A stretch of DNA of 64,000 bases from Octopus vulgaris (lineage: Eukaryota), in NCBI GenBank assembly GCA_951406725.2, contig OX597826.1, forward strand, positions 73,780,001-73,844,000. Reading direction: 5' to 3'. The position numbers were made by a program, and so were the translations under genes. Each line of letters starts with the position of its first letter. The first letter of the stretch is position 1. The notes beneath the pieces were generated by a model. The model searched no databases, was not told the origin of the DNA, and saw only the letters and a program-made list of their open reading frames with translations. Of the stretch, positions 52,438-64,000 are shown piece by piece.

Positions 52438-52523
52438 ATTTTCCTGAAGAGAAAGCTGCAAAATGGTCTCCTTATTCAATCCGAATTAGGGAATTTGCAG
52501 CCTTTGAAACATGTGTAGAAAAT
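52438..52523 (+). ncRNA. Type I hammerhead ribozyme with long helix II and minimal helix III
   Basis: attttc-CTGAAGA-gaaagctgcaaa(31 nt)tttgcagccttt-GAAA-c(atgt)g-TA-gaaaat: intact core, 6-bp helix I, 11 of 12 pairs in helix II. Confidence 0.75.
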
Positions 52524-52574
52524 AATAAAAAGGAATTTTGTAAAATCTTCGTTCAGCTCCATTTCTTCCCTCAC

Positions 52575-52645
<71 letters not shown>

Positions 52646-52676
52646 TCCCGGGTTGAGTCGGGGTTAACCACAGTAA

Positions 52677-52768
52677 ATTATATAGAAGGAGCTTCTACAG
52701 GACTAGAACTGTTTCATGATTTCTTTTGAATGAAACAGTTCTAGTCCTGTAGAAGCTCCTTCTATATA

Positions 52769-52770
<2 letters not shown>
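52677..52770. repeat. Perfect 41-bp inverted repeat with 12-nt loop, made from the 41.7-kb hammerhead family
   Basis: attatatagaaggagcttctacaggactagaactgtttcat (52677-52717) is the exact reverse complement of 52730-52770; the right part is nearly identical to 41706-41755. Confidence 0.95.
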
Positions 52771-52843
<73 letters not shown>

Positions 52844-53734
52844 TGTAGCAGAAGTAACAGAGTGTCTCAAGGGCTGAGAGTTCCGTACATTAGCACTTAT
52901 CAAACTATTTTTTCCTGATTGTATCGCCAAACACACACACACACACAATAACGTCTAAAGAAGCACATCAGCCAAAAAACGTCGAGTTTGGTGTATACCA
53001 AAATAATTCATAGTACCGTATACAAGAATTCATTTTTGTTACTTAAATATTAAAATATTCGTTAATTCGATGCAGGTATATTTTTGCAGATTCCAGTAAA
53101 AAAGAATGATTGAAATATTCATAGTAAGTTGAAGCAGTGTGAAAAATATTTTGTCTGGGGGACCTTTACCTTTTGACCGACAGATTTTTAAAATAATGGT
53201 AAAGATCCTGTCTGGGTATTTTGCTAGCTCTTCTAATTAACGATTGCATAGAGTAAGCTACAATTTATCAAAATGTTAATGAAATGGATTAAATGATTGA
53301 TAAGAAAAGACTTAAGGCGACAAAGTATTCCGTTTATCTACATCTTATTTAGACTCTTGCATACAGATCCATTTTGGTACATGGATAAAATTAAGTTTGC
53401 TTTTAAATAACATGGTGCAGACGATCACACTTTTGTCTAGTTCCATTCCCATTAATATTAACACTAACATTATGCTAACAATATTCTAAAGTGAATTGGT
53501 TTATTCCCTTTGTGAATAAGATGGTAGAATTCAAGATGTTGATCTAAATGATGTTTCTTTCATATCCAAGAAGCAAGTCATGATTTGGAATCAAAGCGAA
53601 TAATTTTTCATTGAAATTAGTTCCTTCGGTGCCTGAATTCTAGAAGACTCGTACATTTTATTCAAAAAAAATTAACAATCCAGTATCTAAAGGTGGAATA
53701 ATGTTTGTCCATTTTAAGATGATAGTTTTCGTTA

Positions 53735-54660
53735 TTCTTTTCTACACTAGGTACAAGGCCCGAAATTTTCGGTGAGGGGCCCAGGAGATTAGATCGATCC
53801 CAGTATGCAACTGGTACTTAATTTATTGACTCCGAAAGGATGAAAAGCAAAGCCGATCTCGGCGGAACTTGAACTCACTCAGAACGTAAAGGCAGACGAA
53901 ATACCAATTTCTTTACTACCCAAAAGGGGCTAAACACAGAGGGGACCAACAAGGACAAACAAACGGATTAAGTCGATTATATCGACCTCAATGCGTAACT
54001 GGTACTTAATTTATCGACCCCGAAAGGATGAAAGGCAAAGTCGACCTCGCCGGAATTTGAACTCAGAACGTGCAGACGGACGAAATGCCGCTAAGCATTT
54101 TAGCCGGCGTGCTAACGATTCTGCAAGCTCGCCGCCTTATTGTGGTTAATACTCCTTTCTATTATATGTTTCTTTACTACCCACAAGGGGCTAAACACAG
54201 AGGGGACCAACAAGGACAAACAAACGGATTAAGTCGATTATATCGACCTCAATGCGTAACTGGTACTTAATTTATCGACCCCGAAAGGATGAAAGGCAAA
54301 GTCGACCTCGCCGGAATTTGAACTCAGAACGTGCAGACGGACGAAATGCCGCTAAGCATTTTAGCCGGCGTGCTAACGATTCTGCAAGCTCGCCGCCTTA
54401 TTGTGGTTAATACTCCTTTCTATTATATGTTTCTTTACTACCCACAAGGGGCTAAACACAGAGGGGACAAACAAGGACAGACAAACGCATTAAGTCGATT
54501 ATATCGACCTCAATGCGTAACTGGTACTTAATTTATCGACTCCGAAAGGATGAAAGGCAAAGTCGACCTCGGAGGAATTTGAACTCAGAACGTAGCGGCA
54601 GACGAAATACCGCTAAGCATTTCGCCCGGCGTGCTAATGTTTCTGCCAGCTCGCCGCCTT
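53735..54660 (-). mobile_element. Tandem array of four SINE family B units including a near-identical 261-bp duplication
   Basis: ORFs at 54070 and 54331 are near identical at offset 261; the spacer tattgtggttaatactcctttctattatatg is also duplicated. Confidence 0.9.
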
Positions 54661-55408
54661 TTCAGTGAGTAATTATGCCATTAACTTCCAATCTAACTGG
54701 AAGATTGTGCTTCGAATCGCGAAACACAGGAGCGATTTCTCTTCGTCGTAGCTAGGGCAAATATATTTCTTCGAGTCAATTCAAGCTTCGTGATAGTAAC
54801 TGGGTAACTAAGTATTACCCTATAAAACCTAGTGCATTGATTTTCTCGGGGCCCTATAATGCTACGAAGGCAGTTTTGACTTTATTCCTCCGTCACATGT
54901 AGCTTTTTTCTGTTATCCTTCGTGAAATTAAAAGTATTAAAAAATTGTTAGGCACCGAATTCCAGTTTGTCTGCAGCACCAGGAACTGTAGAGTCGGCTC
55001 CGTGTATCTGTATGGTGTAACGCTGTTTCCAACTGGGAATTATGTTGAAGGCAAAACGTGTTTCCGGAATAATCAGTCACTGCCACGTCTATTCAATGAG
55101 CAGGTAGTTCAGTTAATCGAACAACCAAATATTCGTTGTAGAAACCAGCAGAGATCCATTTTATGAGAAATGTAAAATGTGAATACTGGACTCAATGCTT
55201 CATATATTTTCATCTCCTTACATTTTGAGTCAAAATCCTTCTGGTTCGATGTTGATTTTCCAATCTCTTGATTGTGTTTCTTCTCTACAACCTTGGACGT
55301 CGTGCTTTTAGTTCGATGTCAATGTCTTTTCTAATGAAAAATTAACACCACAAGTGTATCTAACTATAGCTTCAGTCGTGCACCTGAAATAAGTCTTCTC
55401 TAGGCCTG

Positions 55409-55624
55409 TTCATCTTTAGTGTTCAGATTTTTCAATCAAACATAATGCCTATTGATTCCCATTGATTTGAATTAATCATACATTATCTCATATCTTCAAG
55501 ATCTTGATGGTGTAATTACTTAATGTAGAATAACATTGTAGGGTAGGTGTGAGAGCCTGGATCTGGTCAGTTTGAACATAAAACAGATTAACTATTTTGG
55601 CCGGATTAAATACTAAAGGGTTAA
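55409..55624. mobile_element. piggyBac-like MITE (related copies at about 1500-1645 and 38735-38890)
   Basis: Right end ctaaaGGG-TTAA; left end degenerate (ttcatctttagtgttcag); internal gtagggtaggtgtgagag...tttgaacataaaacag is shared with the other copies. Confidence 0.6.
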
Positions 55625-57369
55625 GGTATTCAAGTGCAATATTTACTCCAACTTCCACTTAACTAGGGCAGGACATTTTATAGGCGAATTACCGGGTACC
55701 TGGTACCCACTCCTAGAGCAGTAAAGCGTATTAAATTATTATCATCATCCCGCTTGAGGTTCAGAAAATAAATAAAACTGATAATGAGTAACAATGGATT
55801 GCATTAAGAGAAATATTTGGAACATAAATCTTTTTTGACAGACGGTTTTTGTTGACACAGACTTGTCTCCTTCAATCCTAGGGTTTATGTGGTCTTAAAG
55901 TGTTCATGAAACTAAGAGGGTAAGAAATGTCACTTGAACCAATCATGGTCAACCTGCAGCTCCCAAGAGTGGACTGAACGGCACGTCTAACGTAAAATTA
56001 CCTCGAATTTTTTAACAGTGCGCCCTGCTTCTCAAAAACGGTTACCCATGTCTGCTATAAACTATATGTGGTAGTAAGACATTACCTTTGAAATATGGAT
56101 GATAGATATGGATTTCTAGGTAAAAACAGATTGAATTCTATCAATCTAAGATAGAATTTGTGCGAGCCAACGAAGGATTCCTTGTTCGGTAGCCGTGGAT
56201 GCTAGAAATAGCAGCCAATTCTCTAACTTCATTTAACTTACAGTCTTAAAATTGGTTGAATATAGTGAATATAATATGCTAAAAAAGAAGATAGAACGGT
56301 CGTAATTAGAATGCCGGACCGACGAAAATTTTACCCGCCAACTATCAGCGATGGAGAACTTGGACAAGCAAATTTCATCTGGCTGCAACAGATTGGTAAA
56401 AAAAAAAACAAAACAGCTTAAAAGTTTTAAATACAAAACTCAACGAAAAGAGCAAGTTTCTTCTGTCTCTATGCGACGTTTGGTATTTAGGTATATTTTA
56501 GTTAAGTTTAACTAGTAAAATATACTTCTTAAAAATGAAGATGAACTAATCAAAGATTACTTAATTGAAAGAAATTATGTGTAAAACAAAACGTTTCCTT
56601 AAAACGAGCGATGTTTTATTTGTTTACACAGAAATACGAATAGAGAGAGTTAACGTGATTTAAATAGGAAGTTGTTTTTATTGAGAACCGGTTAGAAACA
56701 TTGTAACGCGCGCTTTTCCATACTGAAATTATAAACGGCGAAAACTTCATATTTCACTTAAGAAGTAGCTTTGACAAGTCGCTAAAAAAAATGAGCCCAA
56801 ACAGAATACCTCAAAACTATATACAATCATATTTATATGTATGAACGAAAATTTCGTACACTGCATTGTGATCCTGTGTTTGTGTGTGTACATACATATA
56901 TATATATATTTCTTACACACTCATAGAACAGTGTGTAGAGTTTTTGTCGATCATAGTGAATACATAAATAAATTGATGAAATAAATATTAAGCTGTGAGT
57001 AACTTTTGAGAATAGTTTACGAAGAGAAACTATAATTTCAGTGGAAACGCGGGAACTCGCAACTCGAGTTGTTCAGCTTTTAGTAAGAGGTGTAACTTTG
57101 TTAAAACTTTACAAAGAAAGTAAAATGGGGATAAAGAAATCTTTGCTAGATGCATAATTAGTTTTAAATGTATTTTCTTTGAATGAATGGTGAAAGAAAA
57201 AGTTAATCTAAACTGAATTCTGAAAACGCTCTGAAGATACCAAAATGATTACAACCGGTGTATGGGTCAACACAAGTTCCTACTAACTTTTGGTGACTTA
57301 GTGTAGTTAGGGGGTATATACATTCGATACTTACGAAATAAGGTAATTTAATTTTTTTATGGGGCTAAT

Positions 57370-57480
57370 ATGTAAATTTATGCAAATGAGCTTACGTCAT
57401 ACATAAATTATGCTAATGAGACCCGGAAGTGGTCGCTGTCACGTGATCGCACAACCTTCAAAGTTGAAGACGCCATATTT
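57370..57480 (+). promoter_or_regulatory. Probable TATA-less Pol II promoter (housekeeping type)
   Basis: Within 110 bp: ATGCAAAT octamer 57380-57387 (variants at 57370 and 57410), TTACGTCA CRE/ATF 57392-57399, CCGGAAGT ETS 57423-57430, GTCACGTGA E-box 57438-57446, CGCCATATTT YY1-like 57471-57480. Confidence 0.72.
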
Positions 57481-57529
57481 CACATCATAAACGGTGTTGA
57501 GAAAAAAGGGGAAAGGCCGAAGTCGTGAG
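57455..57529 (+). other. Candidate non-coding first exon
   Basis: Lies just downstream of the motif cluster and ends at a donor-like GAG|GTAGGC (GT at 57530); the start is a guess. Confidence 0.4.
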
Positions 57530-58539
57530 GTAGGCAAAACAGTTCGAAGATATACAGTATATATATGTACTACGCTATCAAGTGTGGTAGGAACGACGAT
57601 GATATGCGAGAGAGCGGTTGTGCTTAGGCACAAATATTGAAGCATTTATCGAACAGCTTAACGCCGACATTTACACATATATATATATATATATACACAT
57701 ATATACACACACACACATCGCAGTGCACGAGTTGTGTGTGTGTCTGTGTGTGGTTTGTTGGCTGAAAAAAAAAACACAGACAAGAAACGACAGGAATTCG
57801 GTTTAGTAACACGAAACAACAAAACAAATAAGAGAGAGAGAGTGGAAAATCTAAACCTAAACAGAGAGAAATCAGGTATAGTATATATATATATATATAT
57901 TTGTATATTTGTTTCAATGGTATTCGATCGTTGTTCTGTTCTTCTCTCTCTTGTGTGTGTTGGATTTTATTTATGGAGAGAGAAGAAGAGGGGGGGCGGA
58001 AAGAAAAATTACAGAAAGAGAAATAGTGATAAAATTTTTTTTGGCAACTGGAGTGGTCCACTGCTGACGATGTCTCTGTCTCTCTCTTCCCCCCCCCCCC
58101 CGGTCTCTCTCTCTCTCTACCCCCCTCTCTATATATCTATCTCTCTATCTCTCTCTTTCTCTCTCTCTCTCATGCCAACTGACTGCCTTCTTTCTCTCAG
58201 AAACTTGCTCTATTGCTTAATTGCTTGCTATTTCATTTTCCTTGCACTTTTGATTTCTTTGCGTTATACATACGTATTCCCCATCCCCCCTCTTTCAATA
58301 TATATACACACACACACACATACACGCCAGATGTAAATTAATTTAATTTAATTTAATTTAATTTAATTTATTTGCCTAAGTTTTGCCGAAACTATGCATA
58401 GTCCAGAGATGAAAGGGGTAAACGCTTTTATTTCTCTTTCTATTTCAGAATTACAACTATTTAGCGGTTTGAGTTTGGCTGCTCTTTCTAGTGAATCGAA
58501 TGTCCTATATGGCCATTCCTTATATTGTTGAATACACAA

Positions 58540-58572
<33 letters not shown>

Positions 58573-60108
58573 GAGGGAGAGGAGATGCATACATATACAT
58601 ACATGCATACACACATACGCACGATCTGTACAATGCAAATTGGCTGGAACGAAAAAACCTTCACACAGACACACAAAGATACCAAGTACAGTGGTAATCG
58701 TGTTTGTATGTTCTCATGCCGTATAACTACTACCTCTGCATGTAGCATTCATTCATTGTAATCGTCGGCTTTATCCTGCTGTGTATATATATATATATAT
58801 ATCATATATCTTCTACACTCTAGCCACATCATCCTCACTCCACACTGACTTATGAATGAATTTTTGCTGCTTTCCGTCTAATTTAGGATGTTAAAAGTGA
58901 TCGGGGGGCTTGATCTTTCTCTGTTCCACAGATTCTAACTAAAACCAACAATTCGGTGATGTAGAGATTTAGTGAGGAGGCATGGATGAAGTAGAATATT
59001 TAGAAAAAGTTTTCACAATTGATCTTTTCAGAAATGCTGTTAAAAGTGTTTATTTACTGACCACGTTGTCTGCCTGGTGCTAATTATATATTATTATTAT
59101 ACATCAATTGTTTATTTAGTGAACCACAGAAAAGCATTACTGCTGGGTCTGATGGAGTTTTTGTTTTTTGTGTTAGGTACAACATGCATTAAGTGACCTT
59201 ACCTGTATTTCCCCGCTCCTGTGTAATATAAATACATCTCTAATTTAGATTACCTGTTTAAATTTAATCCCTTGTTACCCAACTTTTCAGTTTTTCAATA
59301 AATCCTATTCCCCCTTAAATAGTCAAATTCATTCTTCTATCTTCCCTATTGCTTAGATATTCATTCTTAAGGTATTTCTTGTATATTCGGACAAAAGGAG
59401 ACGAGAAAATTAACCATTTTTCTTTACTTCTGCCTCTTTGTTGTTCATCACAATATCAAATATTTCGTCTTCGCAATCTCTTGACAAAAACTCAAGATGT
59501 CAATTATTTGCAGATTATAAACTGATCATCATTGTCACCATTTTCAAATGTTTACAGTCATCCTCCACCTCCTTTCTCTCTCCTTTAACCATCAAATACA
59601 AGTTCGTCCCTGGCGAATCTTCCAACTTTAATAATTCCCTTATAATAAATAACCACGAAACTTATCCGTTGCTTATTTCTCTTTAAATGATGGCAAAATG
59701 CCTTTTCTGAACTTAGAAACACAAAGATTACGATAGTCTAAAAATATAAAGATTTGTTTTAGTGGGTCAATCAATCAGCCTAGACATTTTACAGCCAGTC
59801 CACCACCATTCTACAGCCTTCCTAAGACAAACTCTCTCTCTCTCTTCCTTGCCCAGAAGCCATGAGACAGCCATGCCGAGAATTATAGATTTTACACAAC
59901 TTTTAGCTCATCAAAACACAACAGTAATCAGATAGTGATTATTAGTAAATAACATCGAGTCTATTTAATTAGATTTGACTACCAAAAACTTTACAACTTC
60001 CTCCTTCTTTAATCGGTTCAGTTAATTGATCACCAAATCTTTGTTCTGTTAAAAAACAAAAAGAAAAATTCTCACCGCGCCATATTTTGTTTTTTTTTAG
60101 TGATCTAG

Positions 60109-60147
<39 letters not shown>

Positions 60148-61234
60148 CACAAAGGAGGTTATTATTGCTCGTAGTTCGGTGAATGCGATTTAGAAGAGAC
60201 AATAAAACGGAAGCATCGCAATGAATCCATTATTTTTTTTGCGATTTGCGGCAAAAAAACAACAATTATGTAAATTAATAAAAGAAAAAAAACAAAAACA
60301 AAAAGGAGCTTCTTCCGACTCTGATATTTTTGTATGTAATAAGAAACCCCCTGACTGGGTGGACAAGGAGAGGAATTTCACTGGATAAGGGGGAAATATA
60401 TATATATATATATTACTACTTGCATGAAGGCGAAGAAAGATTAACGAAGACAATGCCTAAGCGAGACCATATTCAGGTCGTGTTATATTATGACCAAGGA
60501 AATATTTTAGTACTAAATTTACCACCACATTTATATGTGTTTGCACTCTGAAGTCTGTAATTGAATCTGTCGCTTCGTTATTCTTTCTTTCTTTCTTTTG
60601 TTTATTGGAAAGCTTTTTAATTAATAATTAGGAACGATCTTTGATATTGTTTCTTATTAAATATTAACGATATTTTTTTTATAAGTTTTCAACGAAAGGT
60701 TATTTCGATGGGTTGACCAAGTTATCAGTTATATAAAATATGGTAGTCTTCTGAATCAGCAGAGGTGGTGTTTTTTTTCTTTCCTTTATGGCAGTGTTTG
60801 AGTTTATAAATTTTCTCGGTAACAGTGATGTGAGGTGCAAAAATGTGACTTCATCATTCGGTGTGACTAGCAAGAAAGACTTGAGTATTTCTGATCACTG
60901 CCAGCTATCATCATCAGATGTAAGGAAGCTGAACTCAGCATATCTCTCCGTGGAGCACTGCTACTCCGGCATTTATTCATTTAAGCGGGGATTTTTTTTT
61001 TTTACCCCCATCTCAACTTTTCTCTTATGCTTTTTTTTCTTCTATTTCGTGAGGTCTTCGGAATTAGGTTTTGAATATAGGAGAATCAGAATCTGCAAAT
61101 TTTCTTTCGAAACAAAAACGTATTTTATGAAAAAAAAACAAAAGATCAAGGAATTTCAATCCGATGCTTTATAAATGTATTTCTATATTAATTATTACAT
61201 AGATAAAGAACAGGAATATTTGAATATTTTGTAA

Positions 61235-62040
61235 TAGCCATTCGTCAAAGAGATCTTCGTGAAACTCCCACCAGGTACGAATCTAGTAGAATTTTTTGCT
61301 GTCCTTGCCTGCTTCTTGTTGCATCTCTTTTGCAGAATTCCAGGTTGCCTTTCTTATGTGATTCTGCATTCAGCGGGAGTGACACGGGATCGACGAAATT
61401 AAATGTTGTAGTTGACATTGAAGTGTTTGTTGATATTCTAACGGCTGAGTGATATTGTAGCAGACACTACTACCCAAAGATCGAATGTAATAAACTCTCT
61501 CGTCCCTGGCAGGACATAATGTTGCTGTACAAGTACTGGATGTCTGGAATCCACTTCGATCAGAAAGCACCACCAAACACTCACCATGTTCTCTTACCAC
61601 GTGTCCAATATATTTTCGTTTGGCCAAAGTAGATTCATCAATTCCAACGAACTGCCCGACTCCAGCCAGTTTTGCTTTGGATTCAGCAAAAATAAAATGT
61701 TTTCCACGAACTTCCGGGACAGTAATTCTTCCAATTACAAAATGGCATCGCTGACAATAACGACAATCTTCAGGAAGAAAGGGATTGAAGTATCATAAAT
61801 AGATATTTACCATTTTTATATCAGTGACAGCATAACTATCGAAAGACATTTGGGTACGGACAACATTCGGATATTACAGGCCCACATGAAACGGTCGGCA
61901 TGTTTCTTCCGATCTATTTTTTACTCACTCGTGAATGCTCCACAATTTTAACAAAACAGTGTTTTTATGTACCAGACCATGTGCAACATGGACAGCTTCT
62001 TGTGGTCTTTTAATGCAGGGTGTGATGACATTAATGTTGA
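61235..62040 (-). pseudogene. Fossil Merlin (IS1016/ISXO2-like DDE) transposase
   Basis: Minus-strand motifs in the expected order: HGL...NCG and DRFMWAC (zinc-ribbon-like), KLAGVGQFVGIDESTLAKRKY.GHVV (IGG.G..VEIDES.F.KRKY.RG), VFGG, DRS, QQHYVLPGT, NFVDP (about 61387-61400), TWN.AK, LDSYL (61272-61286); multiple frameshifts. Confidence 0.8.
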
Positions 62041-63496
62041 AATCAGATACCAATGGATAATTTGAGAGATATTAGTTTACAAAATGATTGATGAAGCATT
62101 AAGTATTGTAGTTGTTTCATAATGTGGACAATTGAGAAATACTGTTTTATTTATTAAGGATGAAAATAAAAATGCAATTATAAATGAAAGCAAAATTTAT
62201 CATAAAGTACCTTTAATATTCGTAAACTCCTTTCACTTTAAAAGAAGCACTTGACAATGCATTCCTAACTGGAATTAGTTTCTCATTAAAAAAAAAATAA
62301 AAGAACAATAATGTTTTTGCAGATTCTGAATCTGATATTGAAAATTAAAGAATAAACCCCACCGGTTTTATTATATATATATAAAAGCAAAATTAGGTTG
62401 TGTTTAAAAATCCCATGCTTAGAGGAATAATTGCCTCTACTCCTTGCTATAATATCAATCTCACTTCCTTCTTTCATCACCTTTATCACTTTATTTCCAT
62501 TTCACTTGTCTCCTGAGGTATTTTTTGTACGTCTTCTTTCTGGTTTAAACCCAGTCGTTATTTTCTTCCCACGTATATATATGTATATATATGTATATTT
62601 ACCGTACTTGTTACTCTTCAATCTTCCCCTTCTATTTGTTGACACCAACCAGTGTTATTATCTAGAATGTTCTAAATCTCTTCTCATTGATCATTTCAAC
62701 CTGTGATTTGTTTTTTTACGTTTTGGAGATCTTAGGTGTGTTTATCTATATACTTACACCCCCCTCTCTGTCTCTCTCTCTCTATATATATATCACATAC
62801 ACACACACACACACACATGAACATAGAAAGTTGTAAGCGTACATTCATATGCTGACAAGCACACAAACAAAAGAATCGCCTCTACAAACGAACACGCATT
62901 CGAACACACAGACACAGGACATGGATAGTCAGTGTACAAACACACACACACACGTGTGTGTGTGTGTACAGTTGAAGTCCATCTGATGATATAACAGTGA
63001 AACGTTTCCCTTACCATATCGTCTCTATCATCATCATCATGTTTCTAAGCTACTGACCCCCTCATTTATTAAAGTTCATCGATCTTTCACTCCTGGACCC
63101 CCCCTCCTTTTTTCCCCTTTTTGTTGTCACTTGTATTGTACCCTTGTCTCTTTACACCAATCCTTGTATCAAAGATTGCCTCTTTTGTCTCTCTCTCTCT
63201 CTCTCTCCATCGGATCTCGTCCTAGATAGACATTTCAGCTGACGCTCATTACTTAGCAGAGGCATGAGCACCACCCATTGTCTTCCCCTCATATAACATG
63301 GCTTCATGCATTTATTAAATAAAAGCACTTGACCACCACCACCACCACCACTACTATTACTACTGTGATCATTGCTTATCTGAACATGTTTCTAAACATG
63401 CTTTTCCGGTGTTGGTCACCTACTGCTGTTAAAAACACGCACACAACATAAAACTATTTACACACGCATACCAAAGACACATCTCATATATTCACT

Positions 63497-63711
63497 ATGC
63501 CAGTACCGCCTGACTGGGCCCCCCGTGCTGGTGGCACGTAAAAGCACCCAATACAATCTCGGAGTGGTTGGCGTTAGGAAGTGCATCCAGCTGTAGAAAC
63601 TCTTGCCAGATCAAGATTGGAGCCTGGTGCAGCCATCTGGTTCGCCAGCCCTCAGTCAAATCGTCCGACCCATGCTAGCATGGAAAGCGGACGTTAAACG
63701 ATGACGATGAT
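63497..63711 (+). mobile_element. SINE family C
   Basis: gccagtaccgcctgactggg...ggtggcacgtaaaagcaccc...ggcgttaggaag...catgctagcatggaaagcggacgttaaacgatgacgatga. Confidence 0.9.
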
Positions 63712-64000
63712 AAAACCACACACACACACACACACACAAAAATCACCATGTCTCTGTTTAGTGATCGTTTGAATTCTCCAAAGAATCTTAAAGAAGACGC
63801 ATACATACATTTTGTTTTCGTCAAACTACTTTGTGAGAGAGTTATTTTTGGGGTACCTTATTAACTGAACTGTGGTACATAAACAACATAAGTGAAATAT
63901 ACCAGTTTTCTTTCCAGTTGTGCAAACTATATAAAAAGTCCCCTGTTCAAACTACATCCATTTTACATGTCCTGCCCATTGTAGCTGCATGTTTTAGATC

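Noticed and set aside
57734-58336. Longest ORF (200 aa) just downstream of the promoter cluster
   Set aside because: Non-ATG start and composed of (TA), (CT) and poly-C low-complexity sequence.
58430-59225. Isolated splice-like signals (acceptors at about 58448 and 58931, minus-strand donor near 59200)
   Set aside because: No open frame or paired splice site giving a credible exon; the 58.47-kb segment overlaps a dispersed repeat motif (tttggctgct.tttctag).
60875-60940. Minus-strand CTGATGA-tgat..atca-GAAA motif
   Set aside because: Helix II is plausible, but there is no helix I and helix III is broken next to the core.

Overview
AT-rich, microsatellite-saturated eukaryotic DNA. The SINE/LINE repertoire points to an octopod cephalopod, which is an inference from repeat families and not a database result. 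No intact host protein-coding exon could be supported; nearly all listed ORFs are translations of microsatellites or SINEs. The window is mostly transposable elements: four SINE families (often nested or multimerised), LINE fragments (RTE, a Jockey-group-like RT, an R4/Dong 3' end inside a (TAA)n tract), fossil mariner, Tc1 and Merlin/ISXO2 transposases, hAT, Merlin-type and piggyBac-type MITEs, and two non-autonomous Helitrons. Most notable are several type I hammerhead ribozyme folds from at least five unrelated Penelope-like/retrozyme-like repeat families, mostly at (TA)n tracts, including one with a compensatory U3-A8 core. Also notable are a dense promoter motif cluster at about 57.4 kb, a 75-bp templated insertion at a deletion junction, and recurrent SINE multimers sharing one breakpoint. 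All alignments and folds were made by eye, so ends of degenerate elements are approximate.
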